Assembly: GCA_963665295.1 (NCBI GenBank)
Contig: OY762209.1
Span: 2,432,001-2,496,000, forward strand
Source: Syntrophorhabdaceae bacterium
GTDB lineage: Bacteria > Desulfobacterota > Syntrophorhabdia > Syntrophorhabdales > Syntrophorhabdaceae
Length of the DNA: 64,000 nucleotides
Direction of reading: 5' to 3'
In this document: piece by piece, positions 30,358 through 39,021 of the stretch
Layout: every line of letters starts with the position of its first letter
Numbering within the stretch: the stretch's first letter is position 1
Notes under the pieces: generated by a model
Told to the model about the DNA's origin: nothing
Seen by the model: the letters and a program-made list of their open reading frames with translations, nothing else
The model's database searches: none
Translations under genes and position numbers: made by a program

Positions 30358-32040
30358 CTATTTGATCTGCACCGGTACGGGACCGTGGAGAGCGCTTTTG
30401 CCGTGGGTATCGATATCTTCAAGCTGATAATAATACGTTTTTTTCCGCTGCACACCCTTGTCGGTATAGGTATACGAGGCTCCTTTGACGACGGTTCCCT
30501 TTGCGGGGATGATCCGCGCATTGACCCGTTCGTATCCGCCGTTTGCGCTTACCGACCTTACGAGGTAGAAACCTGCATTCTCGAATTCCGAGGCAGTCTT
30601 CCACTGAAGGGTGACCTTTCCTCCGCTGTATTTCGCGGTGAAGCTTTTGAGGGTGATGAGTGTGTACTGAACCTTGAAATTGGCCGTTATTGATTTGCTT
30701 GCCGTCATGGTGACCGTGCAGGTTCCCGTGCCCGAGCATCCTCCGGACCAGCCGGTAAAAGTCGAACCGGCGGCAGGGGTAGCAGTGAGGGTGACCACGG
30801 CATCCGTCAGGAAGCCGGCGGAACAGACGGCTCCGCAGTTGATGCCGGCGGGAGAACTCGTGACCGAGCCTGAACCTGTGCCCGACTTGGAAACGGAAAG
30901 AGAGAAGCCATTGTCCGTGCAAACCGGCCACACGTGGAGAGGGAAGCCGGTTTTGGGGGGACTGGCTGTGCCGCCTCCCTGCATCTCGATGACCCATACG
31001 GTGGTCGAGTCCAGCAGACGCGTGGTGGATGACCACGATCTTTCCGAATGGGTACCCGTAAAGGGGTTGCCCGCGGGGAGGGGAGGGTCATATTTGGAGC
31101 GGTCAAAAAGGCTCAGGAGTTCCTTCCTGTTCGGAAGACGCCAGCAGGAGAGACCTGCGTAATTCTGGGCATTCAGGCAATCCACGTAGTCGAGAGCCTC
31201 GCGCCAGATCTTGTTCACGGCCGGGGCACATGCCGCCGGTCCCGGTGTATTCATATCTTTCGTCCACATGAGACCTGTAAGGTTATCGGTGACCGTTTCG
31301 TTGGCGTGTTCGGTAAACCGTGGGGACGGCCATGCCACCCCGGCCTGAATCTCCCCGTCCTGACCGGTACCCGCACAGGCAATCACGCTGCCTGTCGCAT
31401 TATAACACACGGTCTGTCCTGTCTTCGGAAGGGACCCGCTGTTGCCGCGCACGGGCCACACGTAGCAGGCGCTGCCCTTGGTGCTGACAGTCACCCCGCC
31501 TCCGTTCGATGTGCTGAGGGTCCAGTCGTAATCATGGGCACCGGACCTCGCTAATGTCGTGGATGAGCAGTATAAGCCCGTTTTTACATCGGTAAACCCT
31601 TCCGAGGGCGACATCAACCATGCGGTAATGTCCGCCTCGCCCGCATCTACGAGGCTTTCCAATTCGCTGATGTTCGGGAGTCTCCAGTCGGTATAGCCGC
31701 AAAGACTGAGGGCATTGGCATAGCTGAGGGCGGCGTTCCAGGTCATTGTAGTACCCGCGAGATTCGCGCTCTTCGGCCACATGAGGCCCGTAAGGTTGTC
31801 CGTTATACAGTCTGTTTCCGTACCGGTTCCTGCAATGAAACGTGGGGAAGGCCATACCGTCCCTGCCTGAATGTCCCCGTCCTGGCCGGTATCCGTGCAT
31901 GATATCGGGTCGGCGCAACTGCACGTTTCGCTATAGCACGTTGTCTGGCCTGTCTTGGGTAAGGCGACTGTTCCGGCGGCGTGACCGAGCGAAACCACAC
32001 AAAAGAAAGCGATCAATGCAAGAACGGGTAATTGCTTCAT
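30358..32040 (-). CDS. Secreted DUF1566 (Lcl C-terminal) double-domain protein with InlB-like repeat and shared C-terminal domain
   Basis: Two LPKTGQT...GQDG...DNLTGLMW...WRLPN units; FTGWSGGC repeat; LITLKSFTA C-terminal domain. Confidence 0.85.
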   Translation of the reverse strand: MKQLPVLALIAFFCVVSLGHAAGTVALPKTGQTTCYSETCSCADPISCTDTGQDGDIQAGTVWPSPRFIAGTGTETDCITDNLTGLMWPKSANLAGTTMTWNAALSYANALSLCGYTDWRLPNISELESLVDAGEADITAWLMSPSEGFTDVKTGLYCSSTTLARSGAHDYDWTLSTSNGGGVTVSTKGSACYVWPVRGNSGSLPKTGQTVCYNATGSVIACAGTGQDGEIQAGVAWPSPRFTEHANETVTDNLTGLMWTKDMNTPGPAACAPAVNKIWREALDYVDCLNAQNYAGLSCWRLPNRKELLSLFDRSKYDPPLPAGNPFTGTHSERSWSSTTRLLDSTTVWVIEMQGGGTASPPKTGFPLHVWPVCTDNGFSLSVSKSGTGSGSVTSSPAGINCGAVCSAGFLTDAVVTLTATPAAGSTFTGWSGGCSGTGTCTVTMTASKSITANFKVQYTLITLKSFTAKYSGGKVTLQWKTASEFENAGFYLVRSVSANGGYERVNARIIPAKGTVVKGASYTYTDKGVQRKKTYYYQLEDIDTHGKSALHGPVPVQIK

Positions 32041-32132
32041 GAAGCCCCCTTACGGTATGAATATGGATTATAATACATGCATCTACCTGAAATGTCAAGG
32101 TTTTGGTTTGTGTGCCCCATCGCGGGGGCATC

Positions 32133-32351
32133 TCATATCATGACGGAATTCCGTGGTCGGGGAAAGAACCTTTCCACGGGAAGCCTGAGTGCGTCAGCCA
32201 ATTTGAGGAACTCCTCCACTCGCACCCCTTTGTGTCCGTTCTCTATGTCCGTAAGCCACGGTTCGGTCTGACCCACCTTGCACGCGAGTTCCTGGCGGGT
32301 TATTCCCTGTTTTGACCTTTCTTGCTTGATTACATTTCCCAACATTGGCAT
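32133..32351 (-). CDS. XRE family HTH regulator
   Basis: IKQER...ITRQELA...IENG...LADAL. Confidence 0.8.
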   Translation of the reverse strand: MPMLGNVIKQERSKQGITRQELACKVGQTEPWLTDIENGHKGVRVEEFLKLADALRLPVERFFPRPRNSVMI

Positions 32352-32425
32352 CTTCCACCTCCGGGGTTTTGCTGCCGGGCCTCCCGTGCGTCACATGCGG
32401 GGCGCACGGGAGGCTTTGGAAACCT

Positions 32426-33262
32426 TTATTTCACGATTACCTGTACGGGACCATGGAAGGTGCTCGTCCCGTGAATGTCCACATCTTCCAGTTTATAATA
32501 GTAGGTCTTCTTATGTTTAATGTCTTTATCGGCATAGGAGTAAGAGGATCCCTTGACCACGGTTCCTTTTGCGGGGACGATGCGCGGGTTGATCCGTTCG
32601 TATTCGCCCGTCTTGCCGTCAAACTTCACTATGTAGAACCCCGCATTCTCGAACTCCGAGGCGGTCGCCCACTTAAGCGTCACCTTTCCGCCGGAATATG
32701 TCGCGGTGAAGGTTTTCAATGTGATGAGGCTGTACTGGGCCTCGCAGGATATCGCATAGTCTCCGTAGAACCACCACCGGGGTCCGTCGCCCTCGATGTC
32801 GCCGCCGAAGGCGGTTTCAAGCTCCATCTTGCCGTCGCCGTTACTGTCCATATTCACCTCGGCGTGGGTTACCACGTAGACCGCCTTGCCGCAGGCCTGG
32901 CTCTCCTCGGCGATGCCGAGGGAGGAGAGGGGGATGGCGAGGGTGGAGGTGGTAAGGCCGGTGGCATCCACTTTCCAGGGGAACTGACCCGGCACGGGGA
33001 TGCCCTGCTTATTGGCGGGCACCATGGCGATGTCCGTTCCCGCCCACATGTGGAGGGTCCCGAAAGTGGCCCCCTTGAAGGTCAATGCATAAGTGACATA
33101 GAGGTTCGAGCCGTCGTTACTCACCGTGACCGTTCCTGCTTTGATGGTCTTTCCTGCCGTCAGGTCCCAGGTGACGGCGGAGACGGTTGCCTGGGCCCGT
33201 GCCGACATGATGAGCACAAAGCCGATGGCGACGAGTCCTATTACCATGAGTGTCTTTTTCAT
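32426..33262 (-). CDS. Secreted protein with shared LITLKxFTA C-terminal domain
   Basis: Signal peptide, GTVTV.ND/PGQFP/HAEV domain; C-terminal 102 aa about 70% identical to the end of the 30358 gene. Confidence 0.8.
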   Translation of the reverse strand: MKKTLMVIGLVAIGFVLIMSARAQATVSAVTWDLTAGKTIKAGTVTVSNDGSNLYVTYALTFKGATFGTLHMWAGTDIAMVPANKQGIPVPGQFPWKVDATGLTTSTLAIPLSSLGIAEESQACGKAVYVVTHAEVNMDSNGDGKMELETAFGGDIEGDGPRWWFYGDYAISCEAQYSLITLKTFTATYSGGKVTLKWATASEFENAGFYIVKFDGKTGEYERINPRIVPAKGTVVKGSSYSYADKDIKHKKTYYYKLEDVDIHGTSTFHGPVQVIVK

Positions 33263-33343
33263 TGTCTGTTTCTCCTTTCCTTTGAATACTAGGTTCATCT
33301 TGATAGTCCTCACTGTTTCCCGGTGGAACGGCGGCATTTACGT

Positions 33344-33637
33344 TTACGCCAGGAACCTCAATCCTGCTTTATAAGACCCCTCGAAGGGCTGCACCCACAT
33401 CACTTCCGCGAAAACCGGCACGGCCACATTCAAGCCACTGAGGGGGATCAGAAGTTTCAGGATTTCTCCTTGTTTCGCCATGTAGGGAGCTACAAGTCCC
33501 AAACCTCCGTTGCTGATGTCCGTAGAGGAGCCGTTCAAGCAAACCACGCCTGTACGATTTTCTCCTGTAAGCATCGATTCAAAAGAAATCTCCTCTGAAA
33601 AACCTTTTCTCGTAATCTTTCTGCTATCCTGGTCCAT
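33344..33637 (-). CDS. PilZ domain protein
   Basis: RxxxR and DISNGG motifs, AEVMW, GLRF. Confidence 0.82.
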   Translation of the reverse strand: MDQDSRKITRKGFSEEISFESMLTGENRTGVVCLNGSSTDISNGGLGLVAPYMAKQGEILKLLIPLSGLNVAVPVFAEVMWVQPFEGSYKAGLRFLA

Positions 33638-33777
33638 CCTTCTCTCCGTCTTTCTTTTTATACATATAGTGTAGACCGGCGGCCGCGCCCCAACAATCCC
33701 ACGAAAGTAGGATTTTCATCCATGGAAGCAGGATTCTTGACTTTTTCCCTGACTTAGACGATAAGTATAATCAGATC

Positions 33778-34308
33778 ATGGACGATATCGCCGATATAAT
33801 TATGCGCCGTTCGGCGCCGGGTATACTGATCTTCGACCAGACCGGTGTGCTCCTTTTTACGAACGCTGAAGCCTCGGAACTGGTCTCGGCACACCCCTCC
33901 CTTGTGGGGGAGAGCCGGACCCTCTGCGCTCGCGTGAAGGCTGCCTCGGACGCCTGTCCCGAGGAAAGGGATATTAAGTTGGCGGCTGTGGGCGGGGACG
34001 GGCCCGGTCCTCAATACGCCTTGAGGGCCTTCATAGTAGGGGAGGAAGGGGGCAACCAGAGGCACATTATCGTCTTGATCGAAAAGGTGGTGGGGAAACG
34101 CAATCTCGACCTTGAAGGCGCGAAAAAGAGGTTCAACCTGTCGAAACGGGAACTGGAAGTGACGACCCTCATACACGAGGGGCTCACCAACAAGGCCATA
34201 TCCGACCGGCTTTTCATAAGCGAACAGACCGTGAAGGACCACATCAGGCATATCATGGGAAAGGTGGGCGTCAGTTCCCGTGGAGCCCTGCTCGCCGCCT
34301 TGCAGTGA
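33778..34308 (+). CDS. LuxR-type HTH regulator with N-terminal PAS-like segment
   Basis: LSKRELEV..GLTNKAIS.RLFISEQTVKDHI. Confidence 0.88.
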   Translation: MDDIADIIMRRSAPGILIFDQTGVLLFTNAEASELVSAHPSLVGESRTLCARVKAASDACPEERDIKLAAVGGDGPGPQYALRAFIVGEEGGNQRHIIVLIEKVVGKRNLDLEGAKKRFNLSKRELEVTTLIHEGLTNKAISDRLFISEQTVKDHIRHIMGKVGVSSRGALLAALQ

Positions 34309-34360
34309 GTTTTAGGGTGATTGTCCGAGCGGGTCCAGCGGCCGATGTAAAAGGGGAACG

Positions 34361-34810
34361 CTACTTTTCTATTTCATATCCTTTGCTTCGCCACTCGGGA
34401 TAGCCACCCATGAAGGTGAAGACGTTCTTGTAGCCGGCCCTTTTTGCTGCGACCGCAGCGGTGACCGAGGGCATTCAGCCCGCCCCCCTGCAATAGAATA
34501 CAATGACCGCATCCTTATCCCCGGGGAGAAACCTGTCTGCGATTTCCACTTTTTCCTGTGATATGAGGATGGCCCCAGGCACGTGTCCCTGGAGATACTC
34601 GGCTTCGCTCCTGGTGTCAACCACGACAGGCTTTGTATCCGCGGCAAGCATCTTCTTCAGTTGTTCGGCGTGGAGGTTTGCGACATCGTCGGGACTGCAC
34701 GCGAAAGTGGAGAGGGCGAGCAGGATGAGGAGGACGACACCCGCGGCGAAGGGTCTCCCGGCGGACGATGTCCGACCTTTTCTGTCTTCGGGGCCTCTAT
34801 ATCTTTTCAC
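34361..34810 (-). CDS. Rhodanese-like selenoprotein (in-frame UGA at 34475-34477)
   Basis: VDTR..EY..GHVPGA...FYCRGAG-UGA-MPSVTAA..GYKNV..MGGYPEW..GY continues in frame to TAG 34361; SECIS-like hairpin follows the UGA; start uncertain. Confidence 0.8.
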
Positions 34811-36260
34811 GAAAAATCCGGGCAATGGTTTCCGCAGCCTCCCTCAACTGTTCACGGCTCAATTTCAAGCCCTGGGATGTGGTGTCCGGCGCGGCTTCGA
34901 TGCGAAAGATCCGCTCCTCCATCTCAGCCTGTTTCTTCATTCCCGGAGGTGGTTCGGGAGTGACGCCTATGGCCTTTTCCACGTCTTCCGGGAATTTGCC
35001 CGGATCGGCGGTTTCGTAAATTACCGCGGGTTGACCGTGGCGTCCGTTGAGGTATTCATCAAGGGTCCGCCAGCCCACGGCCCCATGGGGATCGAGGATA
35101 ATCCCGTATTTGTCGAAAACCTCTTTTATGGTCGCGTAGTGCTCCGGGTTGGTAACGGGCATGGAAAAGATATCCTGTCTCATGGCCTCCATATCGGGCA
35201 TCCTGTCTATTATACCCGGCTTTACCACCTTTCCTGTGGCGGGGTCCATCTCATCGTACATGTGGCCTCCATAAAAATCCACAAGCCGGGCAAGGTTGCT
35301 GGGATGGGAGACGATCATGGCGGAGGATGGCGATTTTACGGAAGGTCTTACCTCGTACGTGCCGGTGGAGAGGAAATCGGGGAACTCCGTGTTCTCGTTG
35401 ACCCCGCAAATTATCCTTGATATGGGAAGCCCCATCTGTTTTGCAATGACCGTACCCATCATGTCTCCGAAGTTCCCCGAGGGCACGCTTGCGATCATAG
35501 GTTCGCCGTTACGGGCGACCCTTGAATAGGCGAAGAAGGGATAAACCGCCTGAGGCAGGAGCCTTCCCAGGCTTATGGAGTTTGCCGAGGTGAGCCTTCC
35601 CTCGTCGCCGAAGGCTTCTTTCGCAAAGGCCTTGTCGCTGAGAAGGTTCTTTGCGAGGGCCTGGCACACATCGAAGTCTCCGTTCACCTCGAAGGCATAG
35701 ACGTTGCCGCCGAGGGTGGTCATCTGACGCCTCTGGCCCGCGCTTATGGATCCCTTCGGAAAGAAGACGATATTATCCACGTTTCCGAGACCGTACAGGG
35801 CATCCGCAACGGCCCCTCCGGTATCGCCGCTGGTGGCAACGACGACCACCTTTCTCGATCCCATCTGTCCGAGGAAATAGTTGAGCATCCTCGCGAAAAA
35901 CCGGGCGGCATAGTCCTTGAAAGAGTACGTGGGGCCCTTGGTGAGCCACATTATATAGGTCTTCCCTGTCACGTGCATGACTTCGGTGGGAATCTTATCT
36001 TCCCTGTACGCGTCCTGAAGGAGGTCCCTGAGGGCCTCTTCCGGGATCTCGGTCCCGAGAAACGGGTTGAGGACTTCAAAGGCGATCCGGGCATAAGACA
36101 TGGAGGCCATGGAGGCGAGACACTCCTCTTCAATCCTGGGGATATCGTCCCTTGCGATCATATACAGGCCGTAATCAGAGCCCAGTCCATTGAGCAGGGC
36201 GGTTCTGAAATTGACCCGCTCCGCCCTGTTGTTGGTGCTGTAAAAAGTTATAGGTCTCAC
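34797..36260 (-). CDS. thrC: Threonine synthase
   Basis: GPTYSFKD PLP lysine, ATSGDTGGAV, SANSI, VPSGNFGD, DPHGAV. Confidence 0.92.
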   Translation of the reverse strand: MRPITFYSTNNRAERVNFRTALLNGLGSDYGLYMIARDDIPRIEEECLASMASMSYARIAFEVLNPFLGTEIPEEALRDLLQDAYREDKIPTEVMHVTGKTYIMWLTKGPTYSFKDYAARFFARMLNYFLGQMGSRKVVVVATSGDTGGAVADALYGLGNVDNIVFFPKGSISAGQRRQMTTLGGNVYAFEVNGDFDVCQALAKNLLSDKAFAKEAFGDEGRLTSANSISLGRLLPQAVYPFFAYSRVARNGEPMIASVPSGNFGDMMGTVIAKQMGLPISRIICGVNENTEFPDFLSTGTYEVRPSVKSPSSAMIVSHPSNLARLVDFYGGHMYDEMDPATGKVVKPGIIDRMPDMEAMRQDIFSMPVTNPEHYATIKEVFDKYGIILDPHGAVGWRTLDEYLNGRHGQPAVIYETADPGKFPEDVEKAIGVTPEPPPGMKKQAEMEERIFRIEAAPDTTSQGLKLSREQLREAAETIARIFREKI

Positions 36261-36472
36261 CGTGCGGTACCCCTTGTTTCCATTGTTTATTTTAGTAGTG
36301 TCGTCCCGTTTAGCATACAGGATGTGGGCGCCTTTTTCAACTCATTGCAGCCCCTTTTCCGGGTCGTTTACCGCGGGTTTTGCTTTTTCCAAGGAGAGTA
36401 TGTTACATTAGTGAAGAGCCCCGGTATCTTAAGAGGGGGAAGAAAGCTGCGGGCGGACAATGGAGGTGAACC

Positions 36473-37048
36473 CTGAAAAGGTTAATATTATTCCTGTCCT
36501 GCGGTTATTTTTTACTCTCCTTTTTTATATGCCCCGGTTTCGCCCAGGATACGGCGGAAGGGCGACATCAGGAAGGGGCAGGGGAGACAAGGCAAAACGG
36601 GAAAGACACTTCCCTCCATGCGTACTATCAGCAGTATCTCAATCCTTACTTGGCTACATCCCGGACAAAGTCGGGCGATAAGTACGGCGCCGGCGGGGAT
36701 AAAGTCGTCCCCGGCACCACACCACCCGGAAGCCTTCTTTCTACCGACTTTTCGACGGGCAGTACGGGGAGTACCCAGACCGGGTCTGCCCAGGGAGCCA
36801 AAAAGGAAGTGGGGGGAAGGACATACTTCAGCCTGAGCAGAGTCGACAGCATCGGCTTGAGCGAGATGAACAAGAGTTTCCCCCAGCTCTACAAGAAGGA
36901 ATACATAGCGGAACTGGCCCTCGGCATCAAGTTGAGCCCCCTTCTCGACCTTTCTCTCGGCAAGGTCCAGAAATTCGAGCGGCCCGAAGGGTCCCCCTGG
37001 GAGGCCCATGATGACGGCTGGAGGATACGGCTGAAGAAGGACTTCTAG
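36473..37048 (+). CDS. Exported hypothetical protein, probable CTG start
   Basis: Frame of the 132-aa ORF is open back to CTG 36473, which follows GGAGGT at 5 nt and gives a signal peptide; ends in Phe. Confidence 0.6.
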   Translation: MKRLILFLSCGYFLLSFFICPGFAQDTAEGRHQEGAGETRQNGKDTSLHAYYQQYLNPYLATSRTKSGDKYGAGGDKVVPGTTPPGSLLSTDFSTGSTGSTQTGSAQGAKKEVGGRTYFSLSRVDSIGLSEMNKSFPQLYKKEYIAELALGIKLSPLLDLSLGKVQKFERPEGSPWEAHDDGWRIRLKKDF

Positions 37049-38415
37049 GACCGGCTTGTCGCCTGAGGCCCGGCGGCGCTCCATCCCAGCCACTTTGCCG
37101 CGAGGTATCTTCTCGTCATGAGAAGGGCCATGACGAATTGCGACAGGTTCATGACCCACCACACCGAGAGGGCGCCCATGCCCAAACTTACCACGAAGAT
37201 GTAGCACAGCGGCACTCTCACGAGCCACACCGAGAGGGCCACGATGACCATTACGCCCTTGGTGTCTCCCGCGCCGTTCAGACCTCCCCCGAGGATGATG
37301 CCCCATGCCATGAAGGGCTCACTTATCATGGCGATATAGATGTATTTGACGCTTTCGGCAATGACGATGTTGTTGTCGGAGAGCATGGACACGATCCATC
37401 GGGCATTCACGATCACCGCAAGGGTGAGGATGGAGACGGTAATGACCCCCATTACGGCGGTGACGATGCCGCCGTGAAAGGCGTCGGTCTTTCTCTGACC
37501 TCCCACGAGGTTCCCCACGATAACCGCATTTGCCATATTGAAGGCAAAAGCAGGGAGATAGATGGCGGATTCTATGCGAAGACCGGTGGACAGGGCGGCG
37601 AGGATTTCCACGCTGTGCCGGGGCAGGGTGCTCAGTATGAGGAATATGGCCATGGCGTTGAGCTGCCAGAGCACCTGGAGCAACCCCGAAGGCCAGCCGA
37701 TGGAGATGATCTTGCTCGTGACAGGGAGGGAAAAGCGTTTCGTGCCGGGGGCCAATACCCATAGGCGCCTGAGGTTCACCATGCTCCCCACGAACATGGC
37801 GATTGCCGTTGCGAGGGCGATCCCGCGGTAGCCCAGAGAGGTGTGGAATACGAAGACGAAGATGAGAACCACGTTCGTGACGCACACGAGGGCCTGCGTT
37901 TTCAACGAGACTTTCACCTGTTTGCACGCCCTCAGAATACCGTTGCTGTTGATGAGGATATAGCTGAAGAGGACTCCCGCCGCGTATATCCGGGCGAGTT
38001 CTTTCGCATAGGGTTTCAGGGCCTGAGGTATGTTGACCAGGTCGATCAGGGCAGGGGAGAAGATGACGCCCGCAAGACCGAACACCAAACCCGCGATCAC
38101 GGTGGTCACGAGTGTGGAGTAAACGGCGTCCGACAACTCGTTCTTTTTGCCTGACGCGAAGAGTTGTGAAATGACCGCCACGGTCCCCACGGTGAGGGCG
38201 TTCCCGATGATAATGAAGACAAAATAAAGCTGGATTACGAACCCGTATGTGGCCTGGATTTCCTTGCCGATCTTTCCCGCCGCGTAGATGTCGGTGATGC
38301 CGACAAGAAAATCGAAGAACATGATCAGTGTCATGGGCCAGCACTGTGCCCAACTCTCGGACGCAAAGGACCTGATGTCCTTCCGCGTGAGCAGACCTTT
38401 AAGATTCAAAACCAT
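37045..38415 (-). CDS. MATE family efflux transporter
   Basis: About 12 TM segments, GIALAT, IGWPS, LNGAGDT. Confidence 0.9.
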   Translation of the reverse strand: MVLNLKGLLTRKDIRSFASESWAQCWPMTLIMFFDFLVGITDIYAAGKIGKEIQATYGFVIQLYFVFIIIGNALTVGTVAVISQLFASGKKNELSDAVYSTLVTTVIAGLVFGLAGVIFSPALIDLVNIPQALKPYAKELARIYAAGVLFSYILINSNGILRACKQVKVSLKTQALVCVTNVVLIFVFVFHTSLGYRGIALATAIAMFVGSMVNLRRLWVLAPGTKRFSLPVTSKIISIGWPSGLLQVLWQLNAMAIFLILSTLPRHSVEILAALSTGLRIESAIYLPAFAFNMANAVIVGNLVGGQRKTDAFHGGIVTAVMGVITVSILTLAVIVNARWIVSMLSDNNIVIAESVKYIYIAMISEPFMAWGIILGGGLNGAGDTKGVMVIVALSVWLVRVPLCYIFVVSLGMGALSVWWVMNLSQFVMALLMTRRYLAAKWLGWSAAGPQATSRS

Positions 38416-38495
38416 ATATAGCCTTCAAAGGCGGTCGTCCGCCTGCATGTGCCCCGGCGCCGCCTTTCATTCTGGATCGCTACGGGAGATGGTAA

Positions 38496-39008
38496 TCAAC
38501 CCGCGTCTTCGTTGCCCCTTTCCTTTACATAAAGCCAGCCCACGGGGTCGGTAAGGTATTCTATGCCGTCGAGGATGCGGAGATAGTGCCCCCTTTCTTC
38601 GTAGGAGAGGGTCAGGTAAAACCTCTTCTCAAAAGGGTTCCCTGTCTCGCGGGCCAGGGCCTCATAATAGGTGATGCTTTTTTCCTCCCTGTCGAGCCCG
38701 AAGCGGAGTGCCTCGAGATCGCCTTCGGAAGCCCTGGCTTTCTCTATGAGAGACTCCTTGAAAACCTTTTCGAGGTTATTCGGTGCGTGGGTCGAGGTGA
38801 TCCATTCCTTCAGAGACTTGTTCTCGCTCAAATCCTTATATATCCTTCTTATCATGACAATGTGGTAATCCTCCTCGAGGGCAAGTTCCTCGAATATCTT
38901 CTTTGCAAGAATGCTCTTTACCTTTTCCATGGATTGAAGATAGAACCGTTTTCCCTCTTCTTCCATCTCGATGGCCTGCTTTAATGCGGTCACGCTGTCC
39001 AATGCCAT
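38496..39008 (-). CDS. Rubrerythrin/ferritin-like protein
   Basis: Two E..G..FY...EE..H diiron motifs. Confidence 0.85.
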   Translation of the reverse strand: MALDSVTALKQAIEMEEEGKRFYLQSMEKVKSILAKKIFEELALEEDYHIVMIRRIYKDLSENKSLKEWITSTHAPNNLEKVFKESLIEKARASEGDLEALRFGLDREEKSITYYEALARETGNPFEKRFYLTLSYEERGHYLRILDGIEYLTDPVGWLYVKERGNEDAG

Positions 39009-39021
39009 TTTGAGTCCTCCT

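Noticed and set aside
30358..32040. DUF1566 protein as a diversity-generating retroelement target
   Set aside because: No reverse transcriptase and no adenine-specific template/variable repeat pair seen in the window.
32133..32351. XRE HTH as an Aca marker of anti-CRISPR genes
   Set aside because: Lies outside the prophage among secreted-protein genes, with no small cytoplasmic ORFs beside it.
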